A stretch of DNA of 63,436 nt, counting the filler, from Octopus bimaculoides (lineage: Eukaryota): assembly GCF_001194135.2 (NCBI RefSeq). It is 9 parts of 9 records of this genome, joined end to end, with 100 filler letters (N's around TTAATTAATTAA, not from the genome) between each part and the next. Parts side by side here need not be neighbours in the genome. Positions count along the whole stretch, not along the records: positions 1 to 5,362 come from NC_068983.1; positions 5,463 to 35,014 come from NC_068993.1; 7 more parts are not named here. One strand, 5' to 3'. Below are positions 1-11,774 of this stretch, one piece after another; position 1 is the first letter of the stretch, and every line of letters starts with the position of its first letter. The notes under the pieces are model-generated. The model ran no database searches and was not told where the DNA came from. It saw nothing but the letters and a program-made list of their open reading frames with translations. The translations under genes and the position numbers were made by a program.

Positions 1-111
1 TATGACGTAAATATGTTCAAAATTCAAAGGACGATGAAATTAATAGGGAAAGTCTGAAGGCTGTTTTGCGTAACATTATTTAGCATACGTAAATTTCATC
101 CGTGTAATTGG

Positions 112-395
112 CTATAGAAATGCTTGTGCAAAACAACTTTTTGCGCTGCCCTGATTATACATAGCAGGGTAATCCCTTTTAGCAAGAGCTAGGACGGCAA
201 TTTCTGATGAAGCAATTGCTGGCGATCTGTTTCTACACAGTTCTGCCAGAATTCTATCAAATTGGGCAGTAGATGTTGATGCACCATTTTGGATTATGTT
301 CAAAGTAGCTTCTGGAATGTGGTGAATTGCTGCAGTCTGTTGCTGTCTTTTTAAACCGGTTGCTTTCTTTCCCCAGCAAACTGTCTTGTTTTGAG
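112..395 (-). pseudogene. Possible degenerate Mutator (MULE)-like transposase remnant
   Basis: The minus frame reads ...TAQFDRILAELCRNRSPAIASSEIAVLALAKRDYPAMYNQGSAKSCFAQAFL*. This loosely resembles the MULE DDE segment 'Y.R.F..L...P..I..DFE.A...A.K..FP....GC.FHF.QA'. The catalytic residues are not conserved, and the match is by eye only. Confidence 0.3.
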
Positions 396-469
396 GTATA
401 ATCTATGTACATATTAAAGAGAACAACAAAAGTTATAACAGATGGCAGGGTCGGTAGTTTTCACATTTC

Positions 470-693
470 GGCAATTTTTCAGATTAACACCCGCACGATT
501 ACGTAACCGTAACCCTAAAACGCTAACCCCGATCCTAAAACCGTAACCATAACATTAACCCTCATCGTAACCCTAACTGTAACCCTAAATCCGTATCCCT
601 AAAACCGTAACCCTAAAACCGTAACCCTGACCCAAAAACCGTAACCCTAACACCCTAGTGAAAATCGTGCGGGTGTTAATCTGAAAAATTACC
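470..693. mobile_element. MITE-like element with terminal inverted repeats and a telomere-like (CCCTAA-derived) core
   Basis: 473-500 and 663-690 form a perfect 28 bp inverted repeat (31 bp with one mismatch, 470-500/663-693). The interior is about 160 bp of degenerate ACCGTAACCCTAAA units. Confidence 0.7.
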
Positions 694-1219
694 CACAATT
701 GTAATGAAGTTCACTGATTTGCAATGTGTTGTCCATAAGCTCCGTAGTTTGTATATTTACAAAACATTGACGAACATGAGTTATCTTGTAGTAAATGCTT
801 GTGTGTACGTACGCGTGTATGCGTTTGAGAGAGCGAGAGAGAAGAGGGAGAGAGGAAAAGAGAGAGTGGGGAAGAAAGGAATAGAGAACGGGAGCAATGA
901 AGAAAGAGAAAGAGAGGAAGAGAGAACGGAAGACAGTTATAAAATAGCAATGCGTGCGCATGTTTATATAAGAAACACACAGAAACTAAATCTTATATGT
1001 ATAATGTTGATGTGGGTATGTATTTATGTGTATGGTAATGTCACAGATCACGAATGTGTGATAGTGTCTGTTTTTACGTTTCTATATTATCAAAAATATG
1101 TAAGAGGTAGAGGGATAGAAGAAAGCTATTAAATGGGAGAGAGGAAGAAGAACGAAGAGGGAAAAGGTAGAAGGAAAGAATAGTCTTAAAGCAAGTTAAT
1201 CTATGACTTTGTATGTATC

Positions 1220-1223
1220 ACTT

Positions 1224-1290
<67 letters not shown>
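1220..1290. repeat. (CT)n microsatellite
   Basis: Directly visible. Confidence 0.95.
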
Positions 1291-1293
<3 letters not shown>

Positions 1294-1930
1294 CCTCTTT
1301 TACTCTTACTCTGTATATTATATGTTGAGCGCGTGATCGATGTGTAAGCACGCCGGTACAGGTAGAAGGGAAGAAATATAAAAGTTGCTAGAAACAACAA
1401 ACAAATCTACTTTAAATCACACAAAGTAAACGGAATTCAAAAAATGTAATTACTGCACTGGAAAGTTCACATCGAGAAAAATCCATTGATGTAAAGATTT
1501 GTACGAAAAGGTGGAAAATGTGGATTTCTATAAACTTTTGAAAAGGCTTCACACAGATACAGAACTTCAGCATTTTATGTTAAGATTGGCAACACACACA
1601 CACACACAAAATTAAAAAGGATGACAGGTATTTGTATATATGTGTGTATTAATGTGTATTCTGTGTCTCTCTGCCTATACATATATATGGTAGTAAGTAA
1701 ATGCGTTTAAAGAAAGATGATTCAAAAAATTCAGTTTGTAATGAATAAATGTTTGACTGTCGATCGCATTTGGAAGAGACTGACAGGTATTTGTATGTAT
1801 GTGTGTATTTGTACGTATGTATGTATGAGTGTGTATTCAAAAACATCTATATTTACACTTTAAAGTTGGTTTTCACACTCAAACCTGTTCTGCAGTATCA
1901 GTGTAGCGATAAGAGGTTTGTACCCATCTC

Positions 1931-2076
1931 TACGTTCTGAGTTCAAATTCCGCCGAAGTCGACTTTGCCTTCCATCCTTTCGGTGTCTAAAAAATAAGTA
2001 CCAGTTGAACACAGGGGTCGATATAATCGACTATTCTCCACCTGCCCGAAGCCGGCCTTGTGGGAAAATTTTAAAA

Positions 2077-2140
<64 letters not shown>

Positions 2141-2141
2141 T
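1931..2141 (+). mobile_element. SINE family B, 5'-truncated, with (TAA)n tail
   Basis: The core 'gttcaaattccgccgaagtcgactttgccttccatcctttcgg...gtcgatataatcgact' is shared with 17803-18000 and, more degenerately, with 44236-44450. It ends in (TAA)n at about 2078-2141. Confidence 0.75.
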
Positions 2142-2145
2142 AAAA

Positions 2146-2480
2146 AAAAAGAGTGCCATTTGCTATTTTGTGAACAATATTTCGACATCTCGCGCGTCTT
2201 CCACTGGTTCAAAAAATAAATTTGTCAATCTACTTCATTTTGGTTAATATAGAAAGGATTGAAGTATCTCCTCCTGTAGATATAGTCAAAATTAAAAGAA
2301 GAGTGCCATTCGCTATCTTGTGAACAATATTTTGACATCTCGCGTGTTTTCCACTAATTCAAAAAATAAATTTGTCAATCTACTTCATTTTGGTTAATAT
2401 AGAAAGGATTGAGGTAACTCCTCCTGAAGATATAGTCAAAATTAAAAGAAGAGTGCCATTTGCTATCTTGTGAACAATAT
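2146..2480. repeat. 150 bp tandem repeat, about 2.2 copies
   Basis: GAGTGCCATT recurs at 2151, 2301 and 2451, and the units are highly similar. Confidence 0.9.
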
Positions 2481-3073
2481 TTCTTTTAATTTTGACTATA
2501 TGCATATATAAGAAGTAAGCATTGCATTTGACAGAGTAATCACAATTGTAAACAGTTATCTTTTGTCGATTTATCTTTTTACTATTCATTGGTATGTCCA
2601 CATATATGTGTAAACGTTTATGATTAGTTATCTCACAGTATACACATGTATGNNNNNNNNNNNNNNNNNNNNNNNNNNNNNNNNNNNNNNNNNNNNNNNN
2701 NNNNNNNNNNNNNNNNNNNNNNNNNNNNNNNNNNNNNNNNNNNNNNNNNNNNNNNNNNNNNNNNNNNNNNNNNNNNNNNNNNNNNNNNNNNNNNNNNNNN
2801 NNNNNNNNNNNNNNNNNNNNNNNNNNNNNNNNNNNNNNNNNNNNNNNNNNNNNNNNNNNNNNNNNNNNNNNNNNNNNNNNTATATATATAAGTATGTATA
2901 TTTTATTATATGTATTTATTTTATCTTGGTTAATAATTAACTCCGATAAAATAAATTGGTTAATAGATACCAGGGTAGCAAAGATCACAAAATGACTGTG
3001 GTGTAACTCCTGTTTATGAGGTAGAAATTCCGTTATTTTGGGCAATTGAGTAAATATAAAAAATTAGTAAATG

Positions 3074-3324
3074 GAGTAATACGCATATGTTAAATGAATT
3101 CTTTTATTTCCAACATATGTATCCAAGATTATAAATGATTCCTTCCAAAGGATTAGGTGACGTTGATAAAGACATTTTAGCCGTTTAAGCTGGTTCCTTT
3201 GTATTTCCCTGAAGAGGAGATTACATCTTTATCAACATCACCTATTCCTTTGGAAGGAACCATTTGTAATCTTCTAAACATATGTTGGAAATAAAAGAAT
3301 TCATTTAACATATGCGTATTACTC
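3074..3324. mobile_element. Fold-back element A (about 99 bp arms) with a truncated hammerhead core in the spacer
   Basis: 3074-3172 is the near reverse complement of 3226-3324. CTGAAGA-GGAGATTACATCT (3209-3228) abuts the right arm. Confidence 0.8.
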
Positions 3325-3339
3325 TCTTCTACTCTTTTA

Positions 3340-3543
3340 CTCTTTTACTAGTTTCAGTCATTTGACTGCGGTCATGCTGGAGCACCGCCTTTAGTCGAGC
3401 AAATCGACCCCAGAACTTATTCTTTGTAAGCCTAGTACTTATTCTATCGGTCTCTTTGTGCCGAACCGCTAAATTATGGGGACGTAAACACACCAGCATC
3501 GGTTGTCACGCAATGGTGTGGGGACAAACACAGACACACAAGC

Positions 3544-3596
<53 letters not shown>

Positions 3597-3731
3597 TACG
3601 ACGGGCTTCTTTCAGTTTCCGTCTACCAAATCCACTCACAAGGTTTTGTTCGGCCCGAGGCTATAGTAGAAGGCACTTGCCCAAAGTTCTACGCAGTGGG
3701 AATGAACCCGGAACGATGTGGTTGGTAAGCA
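3340..3731 (-). mobile_element. tRNA-derived SINE family A, near full length, with internal (TA)n
   Basis: It shares body and tail blocks ('cagtcatttgactgcggtcatgctggagcaccgcc', 'cttctttcagtttccgtctaccaaatccactcacaagg') with many copies in this window. The tRNA-like head lies at 3690-3731. Confidence 0.85.
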
Positions 3732-3803
3732 GGGAAAATGTACTTGAAGATGTGGACAAGAACTATATTATTAAAATAATTTCATGCTCGACAAAACGAG
3801 AGA

Positions 3804-3840
3804 GTTGTTAACTTTCGATCATAGCTCTTCGTCAGAAACA
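3804..3840 (-). ncRNA. Degenerate minimal hammerhead ribozyme remnant
   Basis: The minus strand reads CTGACGA-AGAGCTATGATC-GAAA-GTTA. Stem II has a mismatch and stems I and III are imperfect. Confidence 0.35.
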
Positions 3841-4479
3841 GGCAAGTCCAAAGAGAAAGAAGGAAAAATAAGGAAAAATTGCCAACAATCCATGTGCCGT
3901 TACATTGCTGAAGTGACCAGAAGTGGAAGGATAAAGAGAAAGTGATTTCTGCGACAGGAGAGTGTAAAGATGGTCCGTACGTGTATGCATATGTGGTAGT
4001 GTTTCTGGGGGGCGGTTGATATTGAGTCCCTTTTCGGACTCCACACAACCACCTCCATTCAGTGACTTTCCCCACACACATTTTTATAAAAACATTTTAT
4101 TCTATTTTATTTGTTTTTTTTATATATCTACTTCAGTTACTGATTTATTTATATAATCTTTTTCCCTTTTCGTTATTTTAGTTTTTATGATTTTATTATT
4201 TATTTTGTATTACTTTATATTTTTTATATTTTTCTGTCTTTATTTTTTAACTTGTATGTTTAATTAATTTCTTTCATATACACACACACATATCTCCACA
4301 CACACTCATGCACACAGACATGCACAACCACACCTGCACTCACATATACATATACGCACACATCCATACGCAGACCCACTGACACATAAACGCTAATAAC
4401 AACACCAGTATACACACATCTTTTGTGCATGGGTATGTAAATATATATGCGTGCGTGTATATATATATGTATGTGTATA

Positions 4480-4538
<59 letters not shown>

Positions 4539-4761
4539 AGATATTTACACACACACATACACGCAAACATACATAGATGTTTGCGTGTTCGGGTAAATAT
4601 GCGTGTGCATATATGTATTTGTGTATACACCTATGTCCGGGTGTTTGTGTGTGTTTGAGTGGGTTTGTGCAAATGTATGTATATATGTATGTGTGTATAT
4701 ATATGTGTATGTGCGTGTATATATAGATATATAGATATATTTATATATATATATATGCATT

Positions 4762-4795
<34 letters not shown>

Positions 4796-4844
4796 TACAC
4801 TATATATATATATATACTATGTATGTGTGTATATATATATATGC

Positions 4845-5190
4845 TCTTTTACTTCTTTCAGTCATTTGACTGCAGCCATGCTGGAGCACCGCCTTTAGTC
4901 GAGCAAATCGACCCCGGGACCTATTCTGTGTAAGCCTAGTACTTATTCTATCGGTGTCTGTTGCCGAAACGCTAAGTGACGGGGACGTAAACACGCCACC
5001 ATCGGTTGTCAAGCGATGGTGGGGAGACAAACACAGACACACAAGCACACACTCACATATACATATATATACATATATACGACGGGCTTCTTTCAGTTTC
5101 CGTCTACCAAATCCACTCACAAGGCTTTGGTTGGCCCGAGGCTATAGTAGAAGACACTTGCCCAAGATGCCACGCATTGGGACTGAACCC
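4845..5190 (-). mobile_element. SINE family A copy
   Basis: High similarity to 3340-3731. Confidence 0.85.
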
Positions 5191-5313
5191 ATATATATAT
5201 AGATACATCTATACATATGTATATATATACGTATGTATATACATACGCATGTATACATATATACATACACATTATATATGTATTAATATATATGTATATG
5301 CATATATACATAT

Positions 5314-5362
<49 letters not shown>

Positions 5363-5526
5363 NNNNNNNNNNNNNNNNNNNNNNNNNNNNNNNNNNNNNN
5401 NNNNNNTTAATTAATTAANNNNNNNNNNNNNNNNNNNNNNNNNNNNNNNNNNNNNNNNNNNNATACATATATATATATATACATATATATATATACATAT
5501 ATATATATATACATATATATATATAC

Positions 5527-5593
<67 letters not shown>

Positions 5594-5596
5594 CAC

Positions 5597-5628
<32 letters not shown>

Positions 5629-5789
5629 GTAAGTGTGTGCGAGTGCCATCATACATACATATATATATATATATATATACGTGTGTGTGTGTGTGTGAGA
5701 CTACCGCATCTATAAATATAATGATGGATTACATCTTTAATTGTAGTCATAGTGAGGGCCAAAAATCCGTACAAGTCTGCGGGGATTTC

Positions 5790-5945
5790 TTCACACCACC
5801 ACCACCACCGAAACCACCATCATTCCTTTGCTCACCATGCCCACCACCACTAACCTCCACCGTCACCAACGCCACTTCGTATATCACCACCACCACCACT
5901 ACTATTACTACTTCTGTTGTTACTGGTGTAGCCACCACCACAAGT
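5790..5945. repeat. (ACC/ACT)n-rich low-complexity tract
   Basis: Directly visible. Confidence 0.85.
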
Positions 5946-6601
5946 AACTCTTAAAACTGTTCTTGGTCCCTTAGGTGTATGGAATTGTGGGCAATAGAGC
6001 AACATATTCGGCACCAAAGAAGTTCCTCGGAGCCAGAAGAGTGAACCGTAAGAACCATGGCTAGTTTAACCGGCCACAACCTTTCTCACACGTGGAGCAC
6101 AAATTTACAGACTTCAGACGTCCTCTCACAGATGTGTGCGTGTGTATATATATGTATGTATATTTCTACATATACAAACTTATATACATAGTCATTCATT
6201 ATATATGTATATATATGAATATGCGCACGTGTATATATATGTGTGTGTGTGTGTATATATATGTATATATGTATGCGTATATATACTCACATGTAAAAAT
6301 ACGTTTGTACATTTATAAAAATTACACACACACACATACACACAGAGAAATGCATGCTCACACAATGCGTCCATTGAACCAATATGATGACCGACGTGCT
6401 AGACAACGCAAACAACAATGACCTCTATATAGGGATGGTCAGTTGAAGGTCACAACTTCCACCACACTTGCGTTTCTTTTCTTCTACCTAAAGACTGGAC
6501 AATGTCCAGCCTACACATGAAGCTTTTCATAGTCGGCCCAATTCGTTGGTTATTGAAATCGTATTTGCCTCAGAGACTACATAAATGGAATTATATATCT
6601 A

Positions 6602-6924
6602 CATATATGGGTACGGGACTTCAACAACAGTAAACAACGTGGAATGCGAAAACAAATGAGTTCAATACGCAACCAACGAGAGAAACAAATGGAAAACAGG
6701 ACAAGTAACACAAAGAATGGCCCTTCATAAGTTGTCGGCTGTCTATCTACTCATTTTGAGCATTGAATGAGGAGTAAATAGACAGCCGACAACTAATGGA
6801 GGGTCGTTTTTTTGTGTTATTTGTCCTGTTTTCCATTTGTTTCCCTCGCTGATTACGTATTGAACTCATTTGCTTTCGTATTTCATGTTGTTTACCTTTT
6901 GGTGACGTCCTGTACCCATGTATG
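6602..6924. mobile_element. Fold-back element B (about 150 bp arms, about 19 bp loop)
   Basis: 6602-6752 is the imperfect reverse complement of 6772-6924. The left arm is homologous to 34036-34188. Confidence 0.85.
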
Positions 6925-7054
6925 CATGTGTGTGTGTGTATATATGCATATATATATATATATTATTTATATTATTATTTGATTGAACGTCACGCATCAA
7001 TTTCCAATTCTTTGTATTATTATATCATCGAACGCACGCGTCCATTTACAACTA

Positions 7055-7096
<42 letters not shown>

Positions 7097-7244
7097 CATT
7101 CATGAGAATATCAATTTTATCCAATCTGGGTGTGTTACTTATAACGTCGTAGACAGCAGTGAAACCTCTAATAGTCATCACGGGTACACCGTGTGTCTGA
7201 CAAGGCAGGTCCCGAATATCAATTAATATTCATCGGATGGGATT

Positions 7245-7392
7245 CCACACAGTTTTCATTAATCTAACTTCATACGCATTGCTCAGTACCGACCCAAGTC
7301 TACAGTAGAAAAGACATCAAAAATTTCACCTCGTGGGATCGAAACCTGGGTCTCTAGATTGTACAGAGAACTTCTTTAGAACTTAGCCATGT
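7245..7392 (-). mobile_element. Old, degraded SINE A head fragment
   Basis: Diverged version of 'ttccacacagtttc...ctacagtagaagac...gggatcgaacc...ccatg'. Confidence 0.5.
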
Positions 7393-7427
<35 letters not shown>

Positions 7428-7478
7428 TTGCAAGTTCACATGTACGTGTATACGTGTGTATATATGTAGGTATGCGTT

Positions 7479-7551
<73 letters not shown>

Positions 7552-7936
7552 ATATATAGACAGACGTGTGTTTAAAGGGATGCATATATGTATACAGCGC
7601 CCTACGAACGAAATAATAATAGCAGAATGTTTTGGAACTGCCAAAATATTGATGCGAGGTCATGACCCAATCGAAGTCATGTGATCAACAATCTTACGAC
7701 GATTCTTGAATGCTGACAATATTTGGTAAAGGTTGACATCCTGATGTCAGTGAAGGAATCATCGGAATAGCAAAGAAGATGGGTAATGGATGGAGTTACT
7801 GATACTTCTGTTGGCATACATACATACATGGACACACAGACAGACAGACATATATATGTATATATATATGAATCTATGTACGCATATATATATATATGAA
7901 TGTGTGTATGTGTGTTTATATATATATATATATATA

Positions 7937-8142
7937 TAATGGTATTTTTATATAAGCTTAAAGCTTATGGCGATCACCGTGCAAGGACTAAGGAAAACAG
8001 TCTAATAAAGGGACATATAAGCCCTTAGTAAAAAAAGAAGGCTTTCCTATCCGAGGGCTTATATGTCCCTTTATTAGACTATTTTCCTTAGTCATTGCAC
8101 CGTGATCGCCAGAAGCTGTAAGCTTATATAAAAACACCATTA
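7937..8142. mobile_element. Fold-back element C (89 bp arms, 28 bp spacer)
   Basis: 7937-8025 is the near reverse complement of 8054-8142. Confidence 0.85.
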
Positions 8143-8386
8143 TTATTAGTTACAGGATTGTAAAATACAGCGCCGTATAACAAAACCATTTGTACCGAAA
8201 GCATATATTTCGCTTTTGGATTTAGTTTACAAGATATTGTGATTTCGTGTGTTGAAGCATATTCTGTTGTGTCTGGGGAGAATTATTCTCTTTTGGTGCC
8301 TTATAAGTTAACGCTTATTTCTTTTTTTATTTTCCAAAACTATTGAAAAGGTTGCAAGACGCAACGAAAATTTTAGAACAGTCAAC

Positions 8387-8582
8387 AGAATTTTACGGGG
8401 CAGGGATACATGTTTTCATTCGAAGGTGGAACATTGCTATCGAGAGAAATGATGCCTATTTTGAGAAGTAGGGATGTGATCCACAGAGGACCAGCTTCAT
8501 TTTGATGTTTGATACATGTTCCTGTGTTGGTAATTTATACCTGTCCTAAACAAAATGGCATTACTTTTTGACTCATCCTCGT
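8387..8582 (+). mobile_element. Mariner 3' end (transposase C-terminus plus putative TIR)
   Basis: Translates FYGAGIHVFIRRWNIAIERNDAYFEK*, matching the mariner C-terminal 'FY..GI..L..RW..CI...G.YFE'. It ends 'tactttttgactcatcctcgta'. Confidence 0.7.
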
Positions 8583-8585
8583 GTA

Positions 8586-8637
<52 letters not shown>

Positions 8638-9744
8638 GTGGCTGGAATTTGATTTCGAGCTATGTCATCCCTTGCCCCCTTAAAGCGACACACTTTCTTT
8701 TTCAGTCCTGCGCACAAGTCCTATACATTCTGCACTCAGATGTGGTGACAAACAGAGTCACAGGTGTGATACTAGAGTTTTCTTTCTGCGTACAAAGAAT
8801 AGAAACCTCTCAATCCCACCTGTTGCGTGACCGCTGACTCTAATGAGTTCGTTCACCTGTTGGTAGCCCTTGTCCTGTGTCCAACGAAGACCAGCACTTT
8901 CTGTCAGGCAAGTTCAGCAGGCTTGCAGGTTTAGCCATCTAGTGGCCGACCTTGACACGGGTTGTAGTGGGTTGCTTGTTGTTAGTAGTACTAAAAGTAA
9001 CCTGACGAATAGCCCGTCGTTACCAGTCAATTTTTACAATAGATTGTCTTATATAAATTTCTATTTATTTCCTGTCAGAGCATTTCTTTCGCAACTGATA
9101 AATCTCTTGGTCAGGACAGATTTGTGCAATTTTTCGCCAAAAAAACTTCGTTGAGGATTTTTATCCTTTTAAAATTATTTACATGCCCGTTCGACCATTT
9201 CACATGACTTTATTCATTAAAAGTTCTTACAACATTGGTCGTCGTAATGCTTCGCTTTCGTTTGTTTAATAAAAATTCCTTCTCCTAATAATTTTGCTTT
9301 CATTTCGTGATAGACAGGTATATTGTAGAAAATGCCAAATATCATGCAGAATATACCATCTTCCAAATCCTGTTTTCTGATTAGGAAAATTTGATTAAAC
9401 TTTAAACCTCAGTAACATTTTTCTGCAATTTTTCTGGAACAAATAAATAACAAAATCGGATTTAATGTGGAAAATTATTTCAAGGCCGTGTAAATTATGG
9501 GATATCTGTCTGCTGCACTCTGTATCCGTAGATTCACCGCGGACAATCATAGGTGGGAGCAGAATTCATGGTAATCTTTCAGCCGGTGGGGCTGCTATCT
9601 GATTTCTGTGCACGGAGAGGCAATTGTTTGCAGCTGTTCTGTGCATCTTTTAAAGTTTAATGTACACACGCTCTGCTGGTTGAAAGCTTAAACATATAAA
9701 ATTATATCTGAGTGCCAAAAACGAATACTGTATAACGCGATAGT

Positions 9745-9775
<31 letters not shown>

Positions 9776-10247
9776 TTATTTATCTCTCTATCTATCTATC
9801 TATCTCTATCGGTACACAAATCTGTGTGGCAGTATGTATGTGTAGGTGCACATGTATATATTAATACTTATATACACATATATCTATATGTATGTATGTA
9901 CATACATGTGTGCGCGCATCTATGTGTGTGCCTGGTTGCTTGTATATATGTGTGCGTGTATACATACACAAGTAAGCAGACATACATGCATATATATTTC
10001 TAAATATAATTTTGAATATTATATGTGTTTGTATGTGTATAGATACATACGTTATATATACAAATATGCATCCACCACATACATAAAACTATATATATAT
10101 ATATGCACACAAGGCTATGGGAGCAGAAATATAGCAGTGACATATATACAATCCCCAGATGACAGTTCATTGTGTTGGTGTCTTTTTGAAATCTGTGTCT
10201 CGAAGACAATCTGATTTGCATATGGAAATCAGAACAGACATCAGCAC

Positions 10248-10317
<70 letters not shown>

Positions 10318-10450
10318 TATGTTTATGTCTATTTCTATGTATACACAAATATTTGTGAATATATATATATTGCATACACCGTTATATATTCATTTTGATA
10401 AATCTCTCTTTCCCTACTTGTGTATGCAGTTGAGTCGATGGGAGGGTGTG

Positions 10451-10486
<36 letters not shown>

Positions 10487-10879
10487 TATATATATGTATG
10501 CATCTCTCTCGTATGTATATGTGTGTGTGTGTGTGATTTGAGTGAGCAAACATTTTGTTTTTTTTTTGTTTGTTTGAACGCTAGACTTTTATACAGAATA
10601 AATCTATCTCCAGATTCATATCCAACACTGTCTACTTAGACAGACACCAGCACGTTGTCTTTCTACACACAATATCTTCGTTGGCTGACAGAAAACGACT
10701 AACCAAACTGGTTTCAGTCCTGTGTTGGGATTTCGTTAGCAAATGAATGCTCTTTTTTATGTTTACAGATAGTTGAGAAAACGTTAACTGACATGGAAGA
10801 CTGGACGGTATCTGAATAATTACCTGTATCATGATAATTCGCACCTTGTGTCAAAGTACCGACACCATGACTGCTGCTC

Positions 10880-11420
10880 AATGATCTGTGAACACTTTAA
10901 AGACGATAAGGCGTGACATGGGCAGCTGCAACAGAGACTACAAAGCAGTGGTCAACTCGAAGGAACACAGGAAAGTTGTCTCCAGCGAGGGTGACGTCAT
11001 GCTGCCCCCACATTTTTCAACAGGGCTTTAGGCTCAATTCAGAGGGCTTTGTAAGGCTGCTGGAGACTGTGGTCAAACCATGGCTAGGGTGTGTTGCTGC
11101 GGGTAGGCCATGTGTGGTAGCAGGATTCGGTTCCATACCATACCTCCCAAAGAAGTCACGGGTGTTTGTCGGAAAATTTCTTCTACTTCACCGGACCTAA
11201 TTTCTAGCCTCGTAATCTCCCCGATTGTAATCCCACGGATTATCTGTGGGTTGCGGTTGATAAAGACACCAACTGCTCTGTCTTCGAAAGCTAGGCCGAG
11301 CTGGTAGCCAAGATCAAGGTATCCAAAGATCTTCCCAGGGACACAATGAAAAACACATACATCAGGTACTGGAGCCGTGCTAAGATCACGGTGGAAGCTG
11401 AGGGCGGCTAGTTTGCGTAA
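10880..11420 (+). pseudogene. Internally deleted Tc1/mariner transposase remnant
   Basis: With frameshifts it reads VSSEGDVMLPHIFQQGFRLNSEGFVRLLETVVKPW...QQDSVPYHTS...PDCNPTDYLWVAVDKDTN...EAEGG, matching the 'QQDSAP.H' and 'SPDCNPLDY..W' motifs. Confidence 0.85.
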
Positions 11421-11521
11421 ACCGTTTTATCCCAGCCGTAACCTAGTTGATATCTATGATTGTGATGTATACATTTTTATTATTTTCATTATTGTATACC
11501 ATTACCTCTGCCTAAGGGGTG

Positions 11522-11774
11522 TGTAGCGATATCTAGATAGTTGAATGAGCTCCCTTGCAAGAAAGATTATAGAGTAACCTCCCTTTTTCTAAGTTTCTCG
11601 AATCATCTGTGTCATGAGACGTGATTCTTAATTATTCAAGAAGCTTAGAGTTCCTCTTGGAAGTTTCTAGAACGTCTAGCGTTCCATTAAAAAAAAACAG
11701 CTTGCTAACCCTGCTCTCGGCTTTTTAGAGCCATTCTCCTCATTTGCTATGTCCATCTATTTCTCTACGCCACA
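11522..11774 (+). mobile_element. Solo-LTR-like element
   Basis: Termini are TGTAGCG...CGCCACA (6/7 inverted), the length is about 250 bp, and an ATTAAA lies at about 11687. No target-site duplication was found. Confidence 0.4.

Noticed and set aside
500-660. True or interstitial telomere array
   Set aside because: The units are degenerate 14-mers enclosed by inverted repeats, better explained as a mobile-element core.
1622-1809. 29 bp direct repeat (1622-1650/1781-1809)
   Set aside because: It is largely low-complexity GT/AT sequence with no element recognisable between the copies.
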